Assembly (NCBI GenBank): GCA_047495785.1
Contig: JBLDXI010000031.1
Coordinates: forward strand, 868,001-932,000
DNA: 64,000 bases
Direction: 5' to 3'
Source of the DNA: Lepidodermella squamata
Lineage: Eukaryota; Animalia; Gastrotricha
In this document: piece by piece, positions 49,691-61,300 of the stretch
How the letters are laid out: every line of letters begins with the position of its first letter
How positions within the stretch are numbered: the stretch's first letter is position 1
The notes under the pieces: model-generated
Database searches by the model: none
Told to the model about the DNA's origin: nothing
Seen by the model: the letters and a program-made list of their open reading frames with translations, nothing else
Made by a program: the position numbers and the translations under genes

Positions 49691-50911
49691 TTATGCTATT
49701 ACAGGATAGCTAGGGAAGCTGAGTATGCCGCACAAGTTCGAACCTCGAGCCATGCGAATATAACCCTGCTCGCCCCACCCAGTTCCCCAGCTGTTCTTGA
49801 CTAGCCAATAGTTCTTCCCAGTTGCAGCATCCGTTCCGTAGCCAACAACCAAAACACCATGATTCACACTAGTCGTGCAAGCTGCATCGTAATACACCCC
49901 ACTCGAGTAGTAAATGAATGACTTGAGACTAGCATCGATAGCAACAGAAACCGGTCCAGTTTGAAGGGCCTGCATCAACGCCGTTTCACTGTTTGCCTGA
50001 ACAGTGAAAATCGACGAAACCGGGGCGAATCTTGCAGAAGTAGCGTTGTTGAATTTGCAACTTTTACTGCTAGTCGCGGTGTATGGGTAAGCAGTGTCTG
50101 TATTGAGGCCACCAACAGACTTAGCATAACTAAACGCGTCATCCATCCAGCCCCCATCGCAAGCTTGGTTTCCGAATGACCAAGAGCAGTCCATGAGATT
50201 TTGCTGGGATAGCGAAACTAAATTGCCGTACTTAATCTTATAGCGACCTTCGAGGGCTCCTGCAGCTGTGAAACTCCAGCACGAGCCGCAGTTTCCCTGA
50301 TCTTTGATTGAAGATACAGCTCCGCTTGTTCTCCAGTCCAAACTAGTACCAGAATTTGTAGTAGTGGTTGTCGCTTTCGCCGTAGTAGTAGTGGTCGTTG
50401 CAACTTTCGTCGTAGTTGTCGTAGTACTAGCCTTCGGTGTGGTAGTAGTAGTGGTTGTCGCTTTAGTTGTAGTCGTGGTTGAAGTAGGTTTCGTGGTAGT
50501 TTTTGTGGTAGTAGTCGTTGCTTTAGTTGTAGTAGTAGTCTTGAAATTGAAAGTCGCTCCGACTAAGGTTTTCTCAACAGGCACTTTCAGGCCGAGTCGA
50601 GTCCTGATTTCATCTTCAGTTCGATCTGCAAATTGATTCAACCCAAGCTTGAAAGTTTCGTTGCCTTTCTTGTTATGATCGTCGATGAAGCTCTGGCGCT
50701 GTTTGAAAATATCGTTTCTTTGCCTTTCCTCAGATGTATCCTTGTATGAAGGCTTGTTCTTTCCCTTCCAATTATCCCAATCTGAATCAGCGGGAGCAGC
50801 CACTAGAAAAGGAATAAGTAGTGAAGAAAAAATATTGGATATTACTGGCTTACCACTAAGAGAAATCAGGCCGGCTGATAGAATGAAGAATCCAGAACTT
50901 TTGTAAAACAT
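49691..50911 (-). CDS. Cathepsin L-like papain-family cysteine protease A with Thr/Lys-rich linker
   Basis: I29 prodomain (ERQRNDIF...LGLNQFAD), QGNCGSCW, NHG, KNSWG; short in-frame intron after the signal peptide. Confidence 0.95.
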   Translation of the reverse strand: MFYKSSGFFILSAGLISLSGKPVISNIFSSLLIPFLVAAPADSDWDNWKGKNKPSYKDTSEERQRNDIFKQRQSFIDDHNKKGNETFKLGLNQFADRTEDEIRTRLGLKVPVEKTLVGATFNFKTTTTTKATTTTTKTTTKPTSTTTTTKATTTTTTTPKASTTTTTTKVATTTTTTAKATTTTTNSGTSLDWRTSGAVSSIKDQGNCGSCWSFTAAGALEGRYKIKYGNLVSLSQQNLMDCSWSFGNQACDGGWMDDAFSYAKSVGGLNTDTAYPYTATSSKSCKFNNATSARFAPVSSIFTVQANSETALMQALQTGPVSVAIDASLKSFIYYSSGVYYDAACTTSVNHGVLVVGYGTDAATGKNYWLVKNSWGTGWGEQGYIRMARGSNLCGILSFPSYPVIA

Positions 50912-51641
50912 CTTAGTTTTTGATTTAACAAAGTAGTATTTTGGTTAATACTGGCTCTTCCATCATTCTGATTCTGTTTTATAGGCTGTTACATCTGTTT
51001 ATTTGGGGCAATTGCCAATTCTCAGCAAATTATCCCCCTCCTTCGTAACGTTTGAGTGGGAGTATATCATCCCCACTAGCGCACGTTTGTACGATATTCT
51101 TGTTTTGAAGAAATACGTATAATTTAAAATTTAAACGTGATGACATCATGAATGAGCGTAGAGCGTAGATGAATCATTCAGTGGAATGTGGCCTAGACAA
51201 CTCCAGCAGTCATTCGAGACGCCAAGAAAGAACGATAATCGGCAATGTATTGTTAGACCGAACCGGGGCTTACTAGCCATAAAAAGACCGATGAAAACGG
51301 AAATATGGCGTTCCTTTCACTGCAGCAAGATCACTTTTGCATCACTTTTGAGGATAGACAAGCGAGGAATCTGTTAACTGTTAACAGTAAGTAAGTCGCA
51401 AGTCGCATAGACGGAAGAGTTGCATGCATATCGGGCTTTAAAGCTACTAAGGTAGTGTTTTAAGATTCCAGCCAGCTGAATCGCGAGCCCTCTAGGTACT
51501 CCATCATTTTCCAGATAGAAAAGCAGTCACATTGTAGCAGTCCATAACAATTTATTTCCGCAGCAATTTGATAAGCTATTATAAAGAATCACAGTTTGAA
51601 AAAACTATCAAGTCAATGTTTGAATGAATTGAAAACCCAGT

Positions 51642-52772
51642 CTAAGCAATCACAGGGTAGCTGGCATAGCTGAGGATGGCGCATAGATTGGAACCACGAG
51701 CCATGCGGATGTAACCGTTCTCGCCCCACCACGCACCCCAGCTGTTCTTAACCAGCCAATAATTCTGCCCAGTCGCAGCATCAGTCCCATAGCCAACAAC
51801 CAGAACGCCATGGTTGATATCCGTCGTACAAGCTGCGTCATTATAGACGCCACCAGAGTAGTACCAAAACGACTCCTGGCCAGCGTCGATTGCAACAGAG
51901 ACCGGTCCACTTTGAAGCGCCTGCATCAACCCAGCTTCTGTCGCTTGGACGTTCACGATAGATGACACAGACGCGAATCTCGCCGAAGTGGCGTTGCTGA
52001 ACAAACAAGTTTGACTGCTGACGGCTTTATAAGGATAAGCAGCGCCTGTATTGATTCCTCCGACCGATTTCGCATAATTGAACGCCGAATTCATCCAACC
52101 ACCGTCGCACGCATAGTTACCGAACGACCACGAGCAATCCATGAGATTTTGCTCGGAAAGGGATACCAAATTTCCGTACTTGAGCTTGTAACGGCCTTCC
52201 AGAGCTCCGGTGGCCGAAAACGCCCAGCACGAACCGCAGGAACCTTGATCTTTCACGCCGGAGACCACTCCACTAGTTCGCCAGTCCAAGAACGCGCCAG
52301 GGGCTGCGGTTGTTGTAGCTTTTGTGGTCGTGGTCGTGGCCTTTGTTGTCGTTGTGGTTACTTTGGTTGTTGTAGTCGTTTTGGGTTTCGTAGTTGTTGT
52401 AGTAGCTTTTTTGGTTGTCCTAGCGCCCACGAGCAAGTTGTCCCCAGGCAGCCTCAGACCAAGACGCAAACGGATTTCGTCGTCAGATTTATCAGCAAAG
52501 CGATTTAGGCCAAGTTTGAAGGTTGCGGATTCTTTCGCGTTGTGCTCTTCCACCAAATTCTTCCGGCGATTGAAGTTGTCGGCTCGAGTTCGTTCTTCGT
52601 TCGGGTTCGGGTAGGAAACCTTATTCGAAGCCTTCCAATTGTTGAATTCGCCATCGGCTGGAGCAGAGTCTGTAATAGAATGGAACTTATGATTAAGCTG
52701 AAGCGAGCAAACTATTCGCAACGTACCACATAAGGCAATGAAGCTCGATGCAATTAAGACAATTGTGAACAT
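51642..52772 (-). CDS. Cathepsin L-like cysteine protease B (tandem paralogue) with Thr/Lys-rich linker
   Basis: LGLNRFAD, QGSCGSCW, NHG, KNSWG; same intron position as copy A. Confidence 0.95.
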   Translation of the reverse strand: MFTIVLIASSFIALCGTLRIVCSLQLNHKFHSITDSAPADGEFNNWKASNKVSYPNPNEERTRADNFNRRKNLVEEHNAKESATFKLGLNRFADKSDDEIRLRLGLRLPGDNLLVGARTTKKATTTTTKPKTTTTTKVTTTTTKATTTTTKATTTAAPGAFLDWRTSGVVSGVKDQGSCGSCWAFSATGALEGRYKLKYGNLVSLSEQNLMDCSWSFGNYACDGGWMNSAFNYAKSVGGINTGAAYPYKAVSSQTCLFSNATSARFASVSSIVNVQATEAGLMQALQSGPVSVAIDAGQESFWYYSGGVYNDAACTTDINHGVLVVGYGTDAATGQNYWLVKNSWGAWWGENGYIRMARGSNLCAILSYASYPVIA

Positions 52773-53374
52773 TTTAGAAGCAAAAGGAGTCACTTTGGGA
52801 ATTGTTTTGAAGTTTGAAGGAGGATGATGAACTTCTCTCCCAAAGCGTAATCATTATATAGCCGAAATGTTGGCAACTCCTATGTGTTTACATCGTTTTG
52901 GCTGTTCGATTTAAGCCAAGAAAACATGTTTTCGCCGTTCGTCGATGACGCAGGTATAGCAGGCCTTTGACATAATCCAGAATTTGTTTCTGTTATTCCG
53001 CTTTCATACATTTCAACATTAAAATTCTGCCGTTACGGTAACAACTATGACGTAGACGTGTGCTTGAAACAAAAAACTGTTACCACTTTTTTACTGACGC
53101 ACGTTTTCAATGCTGTATTATCCGTCTATTAAACACTTGTTTACACCTTGAAGCATTTTTTGTCTTGAGGAAATTCGTGGGAAAAACATCAGCTATCCCT
53201 TGGCAGGTTACGAATCCAAATGATTTCTGTTGACCTTGCCTATTTGGAAAATATGACCTCAATAGGTTTGAGACACATTGATTCTTAGCCATTTTATTGC
53301 TTCAAATAAATAGTTTCATAATTTTCACTGGTAATAAATTATTATGACGTTTTCAAGTTGAAGAGCTTGTATTA

Positions 53375-54668
53375 TTAGTTGACGCTGAACATATCCTTGA
53401 TAATCGACTTGATCAGTTTCTTCAGTTCGGACGTATTCACGTAGCCGGTTTTGCCAGTCGGACCAGGTGGGCCGCACGGACCGGTATTACCCGGCCTGCC
53501 ATCAGAGCCCTTCGGACCAGCAGAGCCTAAAATAAGAAAATTATTTAAAAAATTCGCGAATTATTCTGAAAAATTAAAAAATAAAATAACACTCGAGTAT
53601 TACTTTTTATTACTGAAAAAAATAATTTTATTAATTTAAAAATTCAAAAATCAATTTGAAATATTTTCAAATATATTTAATTTCTTTTAATTATATAATA
53701 ATTTCATCTTTTAAATTTCAAAATATGAAATACCTTGAGGACCAGGCACTCCTGGATTGCCTTTGGGACCAGGGATATTGCTACCGCCCGAAGAAACGGT
53801 GTCGCCTTTTTCTCCTTTCGGACCTGTATGAAGCTGCAAAATGAAGAGTATCAAATTGATTTTTGCATAAAATTTCCTACCCGTCGGGCCAGCACCTCCA
53901 GCACCGCCAGGTGTACCGTCTAGACCCTTAGGGCCAGGTGGTCCAAGATCACCTGAATAAAAAAAACCAAATGACAAAAGTTCCGGACATTAATGAAAAC
54001 TACTCACCTTTACCACCCAAGTCGCCCTTTGGACCAGGCGAGCCTTTGGCGCCATCACAACCAGGCTCTCCCTTAAAACCACGTGACCCCTGAAATCCTC
54101 TGCTGCCTGTTTATTGCGTGGGAAATAATCATTGGCCAACAAACACCCAAGCTCCCAACTCACCTTGAGGTCCGCGAGGTCCAGCGTCGCCTTTGACTGC
54201 AGGATCATTGCACTTGTCTCCCTTCGGACCTAGTAATAAAATTGAGAGAATTTTACCGGAATTATTGCCGAAAAGTACTAACCAGGCTGGCCGGGTTCGC
54301 CCTTTGGTCCAGGTCTGCCGTCGGTTCCGTTAAATCCTCGGTCGCCTCTATCGCCCTTGTCGCCTGAAGAAAAAAATTAGGAAGATGCCTCTAAAATGTG
54401 CTTGGTACCTTTGTCGCCCTCTTTGCAATCACCCTTGTCACCCTTGGTCCCCGGTGTGCCGTTTTGGCCGTTTTGGCCGTTGTTACCAGGCTCACCTTTC
54501 TGGCCTGGAAAAAAAATCGAGTTTTCACAAAAAATAGAACCGATTTTTAAACTTAACCGAACCTTTGTTATTGTTGTTGTTGCTCGTTTGCAAGAACTGG
54601 CCTAGGCCTTGAGCCACAAAGAGCGAAGCGAACACAACCGCGAATAGGCAAATACGGCGATTGTTCAT
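53375..54668 (-). CDS. Short secreted collagen-like protein, many small Gly-X-Y exons
   Basis: Signal peptide MNNRRICLFAVVFASLFVAQG; Gly-X-Y exons (GPKGEPGQPG, GPPGPKGLDG) with Cys-containing interruptions; C-terminus GYVNTSELKKLIKSIIKDMFSVN*. Confidence 0.85.
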
Positions 54669-55789
54669 GCTATATCGAGAGATTCACACACCTTATACAA
54701 CTGTTAGCTGAATTGTGAATGAAATTTTTTTGAATTACTCGTCCGCTTTTCACCGGCTGGTCAGCACGAGCCGGATGCCGGACGCGTGATTTTTGTGTTC
54801 GCGTTATACTTTTGCACGTATCGTCCATGGCCTGATTTTTTTGAGCACGCGATTTTAATCAAAACAAATTTACTATTATTTCATTTTTTTTCTGGAAATT
54901 TCACAATTTTATCCAGAATTTCGCGAGTAATCGTGAAAAATCAAAGAAAACATTCATCATTTTTCACGGTGAGTGGAACCAAATTTAGGAATTTTCTAGT
55001 GGCCTGAAATCACTTTTAGGATATTTCTTGCGGGTAACGATTGACCACAATAATTCTAAAAAAATCTCCAGTACTTGCAGCATAAAATTCTCTATAAAAC
55101 AGTGTTTAAAACAGAACTGAAGCTTCGCCTAAAATTCGTAGAATTTCTCAAAAAGTGACTCTTAGCATATTTCGACTTTGGTTCCACTACAGCAAATTTT
55201 GGTCTGTTTTTTTTATTTTAAATATTTTCCAAATTATGATAAAAGTTTTTCCCACGAAATTCTTAATCTGACTGCGAAATGATTATTCGACTTCTCACTT
55301 CCCATTACAGCGAAAAAATGATAAAACCCCTGATTATTCCTGGGAACTGAATTTGGCCTCTAAAATATTTGAAAACCCGGTTTCAAACTCCCCCATCGAT
55401 CAAAAGAGCTACATCCACCGGGGTCGACATTTTACAAGGTAATTTTTTCGACGGGCTAAGTCAAAAGCATAGGAGCCAAGTCCGCACAAAAATGAATGTA
55501 TCGTAAATATTATTGGCAACAATTTTTGCAATATTATAACTTATATTCACGAGTGAACTTGTCCTATTAGTAAACGGTCTCGGAACTTCACGAATGAGCT
55601 CAAAATTCGCAATTGGCTTCATCAGGCTCCCTAATGGTGAAATAAAACATACAATTCCGAAAATCCGAGCTTTGAAAATGTGGCGGCCTCAGAGAATCGA
55701 ACTCGTGGCGGCCGCAAACCATGTTTTTTACGCGAAAAATAAAATAACCCATGTCCATTTTTACCTGTGTGGCACAAAAATTATGAAGG

Positions 55790-57930
55790 AAATTAAGGAA
55801 TTCTTCCCGGTGTTGAGGGCAGAACCGAGAATTCTGCCCGCTGAAAATGCCCGAGGGCGTAGCGGAGCGCAGCGAAGCGAAGCCCGAGGGTATTTTCAAG
55901 GGCTGAATTCGAGGTTTTGCCCGAGACACAAGGGAAGAGTTCCTGTTCCTTCCCAGTTGGTTATTTTCGTTAATCCGACACTCGGACGAGTGAAAATGGG
56001 GAATGGTGTATAGTGCGTATGAAAGATGACCGTTGTTAATAACGAAAATAAGAAATCCAGCTTAAAATTTGTAGCAAATTTTTTTTTTGAATTTTTTTTG
56101 TTCGTTGTTCATTTCCTTGTTTTATTATCAATTGAATATTGCGAATTTCCGTCGAATTTTCAATGGAGATCACTTTTGATATTGGCGACCTGGGCCTCGG
56201 TGCTCTCGCTGACGGCTCCGTGGAAGTGAAACAGCGCGAAGAATCCGATCCAATTCGACTTCTCGAACGAGAACTTGATGCTGATATCGAAGAAGAAGAA
56301 TCCGATGAAGAGGGTGATACGTCGGAGTTCATTCAAGAAGTCGAAAATTTCGTGGCTGGTTTTGAAGCAAACGGCACAGCTCAGAAAACCAAGCAGCACT
56401 GGAGCCGATTTGTCGCATTTGTCGAGCAGCGATTCCACATTTCGGAGCAACTATTAGTTGAACTTACGGTCAAGGATATGGATCTCTATGTCGCTCTTTT
56501 TCTCAAGCAGTTGACGAAGACTGATGGTAGCGCGATGGAGCCGACAACGATTCGAGGCATTTATTCCTCCATCATTCGCCATCTCCGCGATGTGACGAAG
56601 AACGAAATCAACTTCACCATGGCGAGAGTCGATTTCTTCTATAGCATGAAAATGCTGAAATCCAAGTTTGTCGAATCTAAGCGTGCTGGAAAGGGAAATA
56701 AAGCCCGAGCATCTGAATGCCTAGAACGAGAAGATATTGATAAAATGCGTGAGGCGAAAACGCTGACTGATGACACGCCAATCGGTTTGATCACGATGCT
56801 GTGGCTGGTTTTCACCGTGTATTTCGGTCTTCGTGGCCGTGATGAACATCTACAAATGAAGTAGGTTGTTGGATTGCCATTGAAAAATTGTTAAATTGGC
56901 CGTTTTCAGGTTTGGTGATGTCCAGCTAAAAACCGAATCTGGAGGTCGCAGGTATCTCGAATTCAACGAGCGACAGACTAAAACCAGGAATGGCGAATCA
57001 ACCCACTCAAAACTGGCACCACGAGCATACGAGAACGGTGGCTTTTTCTGCCCGGTTCGATTGTTCCTTATTTTTTGTGCAAAACGACCGGGAAAGTTTT
57101 CGCGCCCGAGTGACCCAATGTATGTTGGTTGCCTGACCCGATTTCGACCCGACGGCCTCTTCTACAAATGCCAAAATTTGGGCAAGAACCCCCTTGGATC
57201 GCTCCTCAAGGACGCCGCTGTCGGTGCTGGTATTACCAAACGAATCACGAACCACTCGGCTCGAAAGTTTCTCGTCTCAACCCTCTCTGAACTCGGTGTC
57301 GATTCTCGAAAGATCATCCAGATTACTGGTCATGCATCGGTCGATTCTCTGAACAGTTACCACAAACTCAACACCTCTGAACGACGAAGTATCAGCGACA
57401 AACTGGCTGTCGGTTTCGGTGATGGACAATCAGCTGCAGTTTCGGGTGTGTCTGCACAAGAGATCAAGCCAACCGAAGGATTGGTGGTGGCCGAGTCGCA
57501 TTTCTCGCAAACGCTGCTGCTTCGAAACGTCGAAAATGACCCGCGCGATGAGCCACCCGTAAAGCAAGCTAAACCCATGCCGATCTTCAATTTCTCGAAT
57601 TGCTCCGTCGTTATTAACAATTAATCCGGCCCAAACACTTGTTTTAAAGTTTAAACATTCTAATAAAGGTTATTCACTTGTTCACTCGTTTGGTCAGAGT
57701 CTGAAGGTTGTAGTAAAGGGACTGGGAACGGAAATTGAAGTTGTGCAACATTATTTCAGGTGAGAGGTTTTCCCGAATTTTCGATAGCATCAATTGATTT
57801 TCGAAAATAAAAAATCCACCCTAATTGTTTGAGCGGGCAGAAACAGCGGGCAGAAACATCGGGCAGAATCACTTTTTCCGTCTAGGCAAAAAATAACCAA
57901 CTGGGCAGGAACAGATTACGCCATTCGAAA
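55790..57930 (+). mobile_element. Crypton (tyrosine-recombinase) DNA transposon; outer boundaries approximate
   Basis: YR gene flanked by 25-bp inverted repeats (55943-55967 / 57890-57914, 1 mismatch), a GC-rich hairpin at about 55815-55925 and gggcagaa repeats on both sides. Confidence 0.75.
56163..57624 (+). CDS. Crypton tyrosine recombinase, 2 exons (56163-56860, 56910-57624), 470 aa
   Basis: FGLRGRDEH (R), ERQTKT (K), TNHSAR (H-x-x-R), TGHAS..SLNSY (H, Y); a 49-bp GT-AG intron joins MK-FGDV. Confidence 0.9.
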
Positions 57931-58338
57931 GAGCGAGTATCATTGCACCTCCATCGACGGCATTCGATTTAAACAGGTAATTGGTGTACTGGTGATGTTT
58001 CGAGATTTCCAAAGTGGAAAAATACGATTTTTTCGATTTTCGAAAATTTATCGACGAAATATCACTCGAGATTGATGCGTCTATAAGAATTGTGTGTTAA
58101 TCGCACTTAACACCCCGTTTTTTAAGAAATTGTCCAAATTTCAGTGGTCAATTTTCGACAATTAATTGTCCCATATTCGTTTTTTTACAACGAGTGCATT
58201 TTTATTCTTATTTGCATTAAATGTAAGTATCGAGCAACGTTAAATTCTAGTGCTATGCTACGACATATCACTTGTGGCGAAAATGCAATTTTATCTAGTC
58301 GCAATAAACGCGTGAAACAGTTTCAATAATGAAGGGAA

Positions 58339-61300
58339 TTAACACGAAAATGACGCTGCTCCATGCCTATCTAGGGTGCCATCATTCGGCTTGCATGGCG
58401 GCTTGACGACGTTAAGCGTCGGACCGTCTCCTAAATATCAAGCAATTATGATTATAGCGAGGAAAACCCAAAATCATATCATACTTGGATTGTTTGCGCT
58501 GAAAAGGGTGGCAATATCGCCCTGTATCGAAACTTTGATCATTTCACCACCGCTGTTATAACCCCCTGATTGGGCCGTTCTCAGGTTCTCAGCCGTCGGG
58601 AGGCCCATCCATGCGTTGAACACAATTTTCGAATCGAGCCCCGGCGCGTCAATATTTGCCGCGATATTGCCGCCAAGCGAATGGCCAGTTGCGACAATTT
58701 TATAGCCGGCAGGTTTGTAAGCAGCTACAACATCTTTGACCAGCTGGTTCGCTTTGCCCTGCGTAAATGGTGTAACGCCAGCAAAGCCAGTAATAGTATC
58801 CTTTACAACGTCCAGCAAGTTGTCCGTACCACGGAAAACCACATTTGCCGTCTTTGTCGCTGTATCGATGACTACAATCGCTTCTCCGTTCGGCATAACG
58901 TTGCTCAGCTTCGTATCAAGTTTCTCATTGGGCTGAAGTTGACCGGCAACCTCTTTCAGGTCCTTAATATAAGGTAGTTGGACCAAGCGACCAGTATTGT
59001 CGATTCTGCCTTTAGTTTGAGTGTCCAACGTATTGTAGGCACGAGCATTATTCTGCGTTAGAATGCTTTGAATCGTGCCGAGAGGTACGTTTCGAAAACT
59101 GAAACCACTTGATACTTCGTTGGATTCAAGGACTGCGTTCGCATCGCTGTTCAAAGGACCGTTTACTGATGCATTTTGTCCGATTTGATTCAGCAAAGGC
59201 CCGGACCCTATGACTGAGCCGCGCGCCACGCCGCTGTAATCTGACGAACGAAAACTTCCTGAAACAGGCTTCGCGGGATCCTTCCAGCCAGGTAGCCCAA
59301 TGCTTGCTGAATCTCCTGAACTACTAGCCACTACGTTATGACTGTTGATCTGGTCGACTGTGAAAGCTGGACCTTCAAATTGAACAACAGCGCCGGTAAG
59401 ATTCAATGTTCCAATGTGCAAGCCACGTGCTCCCCCTGAGCCGATTACGAACGAGCTTTGTGAGTTCAGTCGAGTGCCGCTGTTTTCAGAGACACCGCCA
59501 GAAACAGCCCCGCTTGTTGAGAAACCAAAAGATCGCGAAGTTGAGTCAAACGAACCGAGCAGTGTTTCCATGCTTACGTTTCGAAGATTCCCGGATACTG
59601 ATTCAGCATAAATATTGAACCCACGAGCTTCGAAAGTGTCAACGTTGACGAAGCCAACAGATTTGCGAAAGATACCCAGCGCATTATCGACAACAGAAGA
59701 CTTCGACGAGGAACTGGAAGCGGAACCGGATGCTCCCAAGATGCCGCCCGGGCCTAATAGGACTGAAGCCTGAAAGCTAGACGCCGATTGGGAAGCGCCG
59801 AGATGCGCCCCTTCAATGACAAATCGTCTAACATTGAAAACAGCGTCGTCTGCAACAATCGTAGCAGCGTTAAGCCACGAAAAACTATCAGCTATAACTT
59901 CAAGTTCTCCAACAACAATCTTCATTGTTCTAGCCGATGTTTGCCAGTCAATTGAAACATCGCTTTTCCCATATCCAACGCTAACTGAGGGAGTCGGATT
60001 TCGCAACGTTGCGATTGCTGAGTACGAAGCTAATGCAGTTTCGGTCAGCTTGTCACTATTGGCCCATGTCTGAGCGTTATTGATTAGAGAACCGACTATC
60101 GGTATGCTGACGAGAAGACCGCGGTCATGCTGCTCAAAGTGATGCTGCAAGATTCGGTCTGCAATCACAACTTCAGGGGCACTGATGATAAGCTTTCCAG
60201 CGATAGCAATCGACGTTCCGATCATTGAAATTTTTCCATTCTCTGATCTGATGATCGAAATTGCGTTAGAGTCGCCGCATCTGATGACTGAAGGAACCGA
60301 GCCCACCGGAACAACAGATGAGGACCTTGACGAGCCGCCGAAAAAGGACTCCCTTTCCTTTTCCTCGCGAACTAATACTACAATGTCACGAAAGTTCGCG
60401 TCGTTGTTACTGAAAAGCTGCAAGCCCTGTTGACCATTGAGCACTGATGCGGTCGATGCCATTGAAAGCGACTGCACGCGAATCAGGCCTTTGTAAGAGC
60501 GAAAGCAAAACACAGAAGCTGTAAGCTAAGTATTGCCGTTTATTAGCAAAGAAACAGTTAATATTACAATTAAAATAACATAAGCGAAACAAGGGTTTAT
60601 ATATTACAATGGAATGTTCTAGAATCGGAAGTTTCTGGAAGGTTCGAGAACTTGCTGGGTTCTGGCAGGTTCGAGAACGCGGAAGTTTCTGGAAACTTCT
60701 CGACCGCCGATACTACAGGGTCGCGTGGTCCTGACAGCCTTGTTCGGAAGTGACATAACTTCTCTCGACATGCGTCTCATAAAAATGGTTTGTTTTATCG
60801 TTTCCCCAGAAGTCTGTTTTGTCCCAACGTTCAGTTAACCACTCAAAGGAGTCGGCGGCAAACACCGCCGCACCACGTGGACATTTTATGATAACGTCGT
60901 AGCGAGCTCGGATATCGCCACACCATACGTTGACACCACCATTGGTGGACTCAATATACAAGTCGAGCTTCCGAGAATTGTCTTCTGTCCAATTCCCATT
61001 ACGATTCAATATGCGAGCTTCGTAACTGAAACCGTCCGCCGCTCGCAAACTGGCTCGATTATAGGCATATGGTTTTGCGTAACGCGTTACGTCACGTTTT
61101 CGCCGCTTCCCGGCGAAGATTTTTAAGGATTCAATTTTGACGTCTCCTGAAGCCCCAAGGACGATCTGCTTAGCCGCAATTGACGAGGCCCCAACAGATA
61201 TCGTTGAGGTTTCGCTCGTGACTATAACAGACGCGCCTTGAGCCGACACACTACTGGCACCGTTGATCAGCGTTGCCATGGTAGCTCCCAGGCCAATTTC

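Noticed and set aside
50304-52614. Val-rich hydrophobic ORFs resembling membrane proteins
   Set aside because: Antisense of the Thr-rich cathepsin linkers
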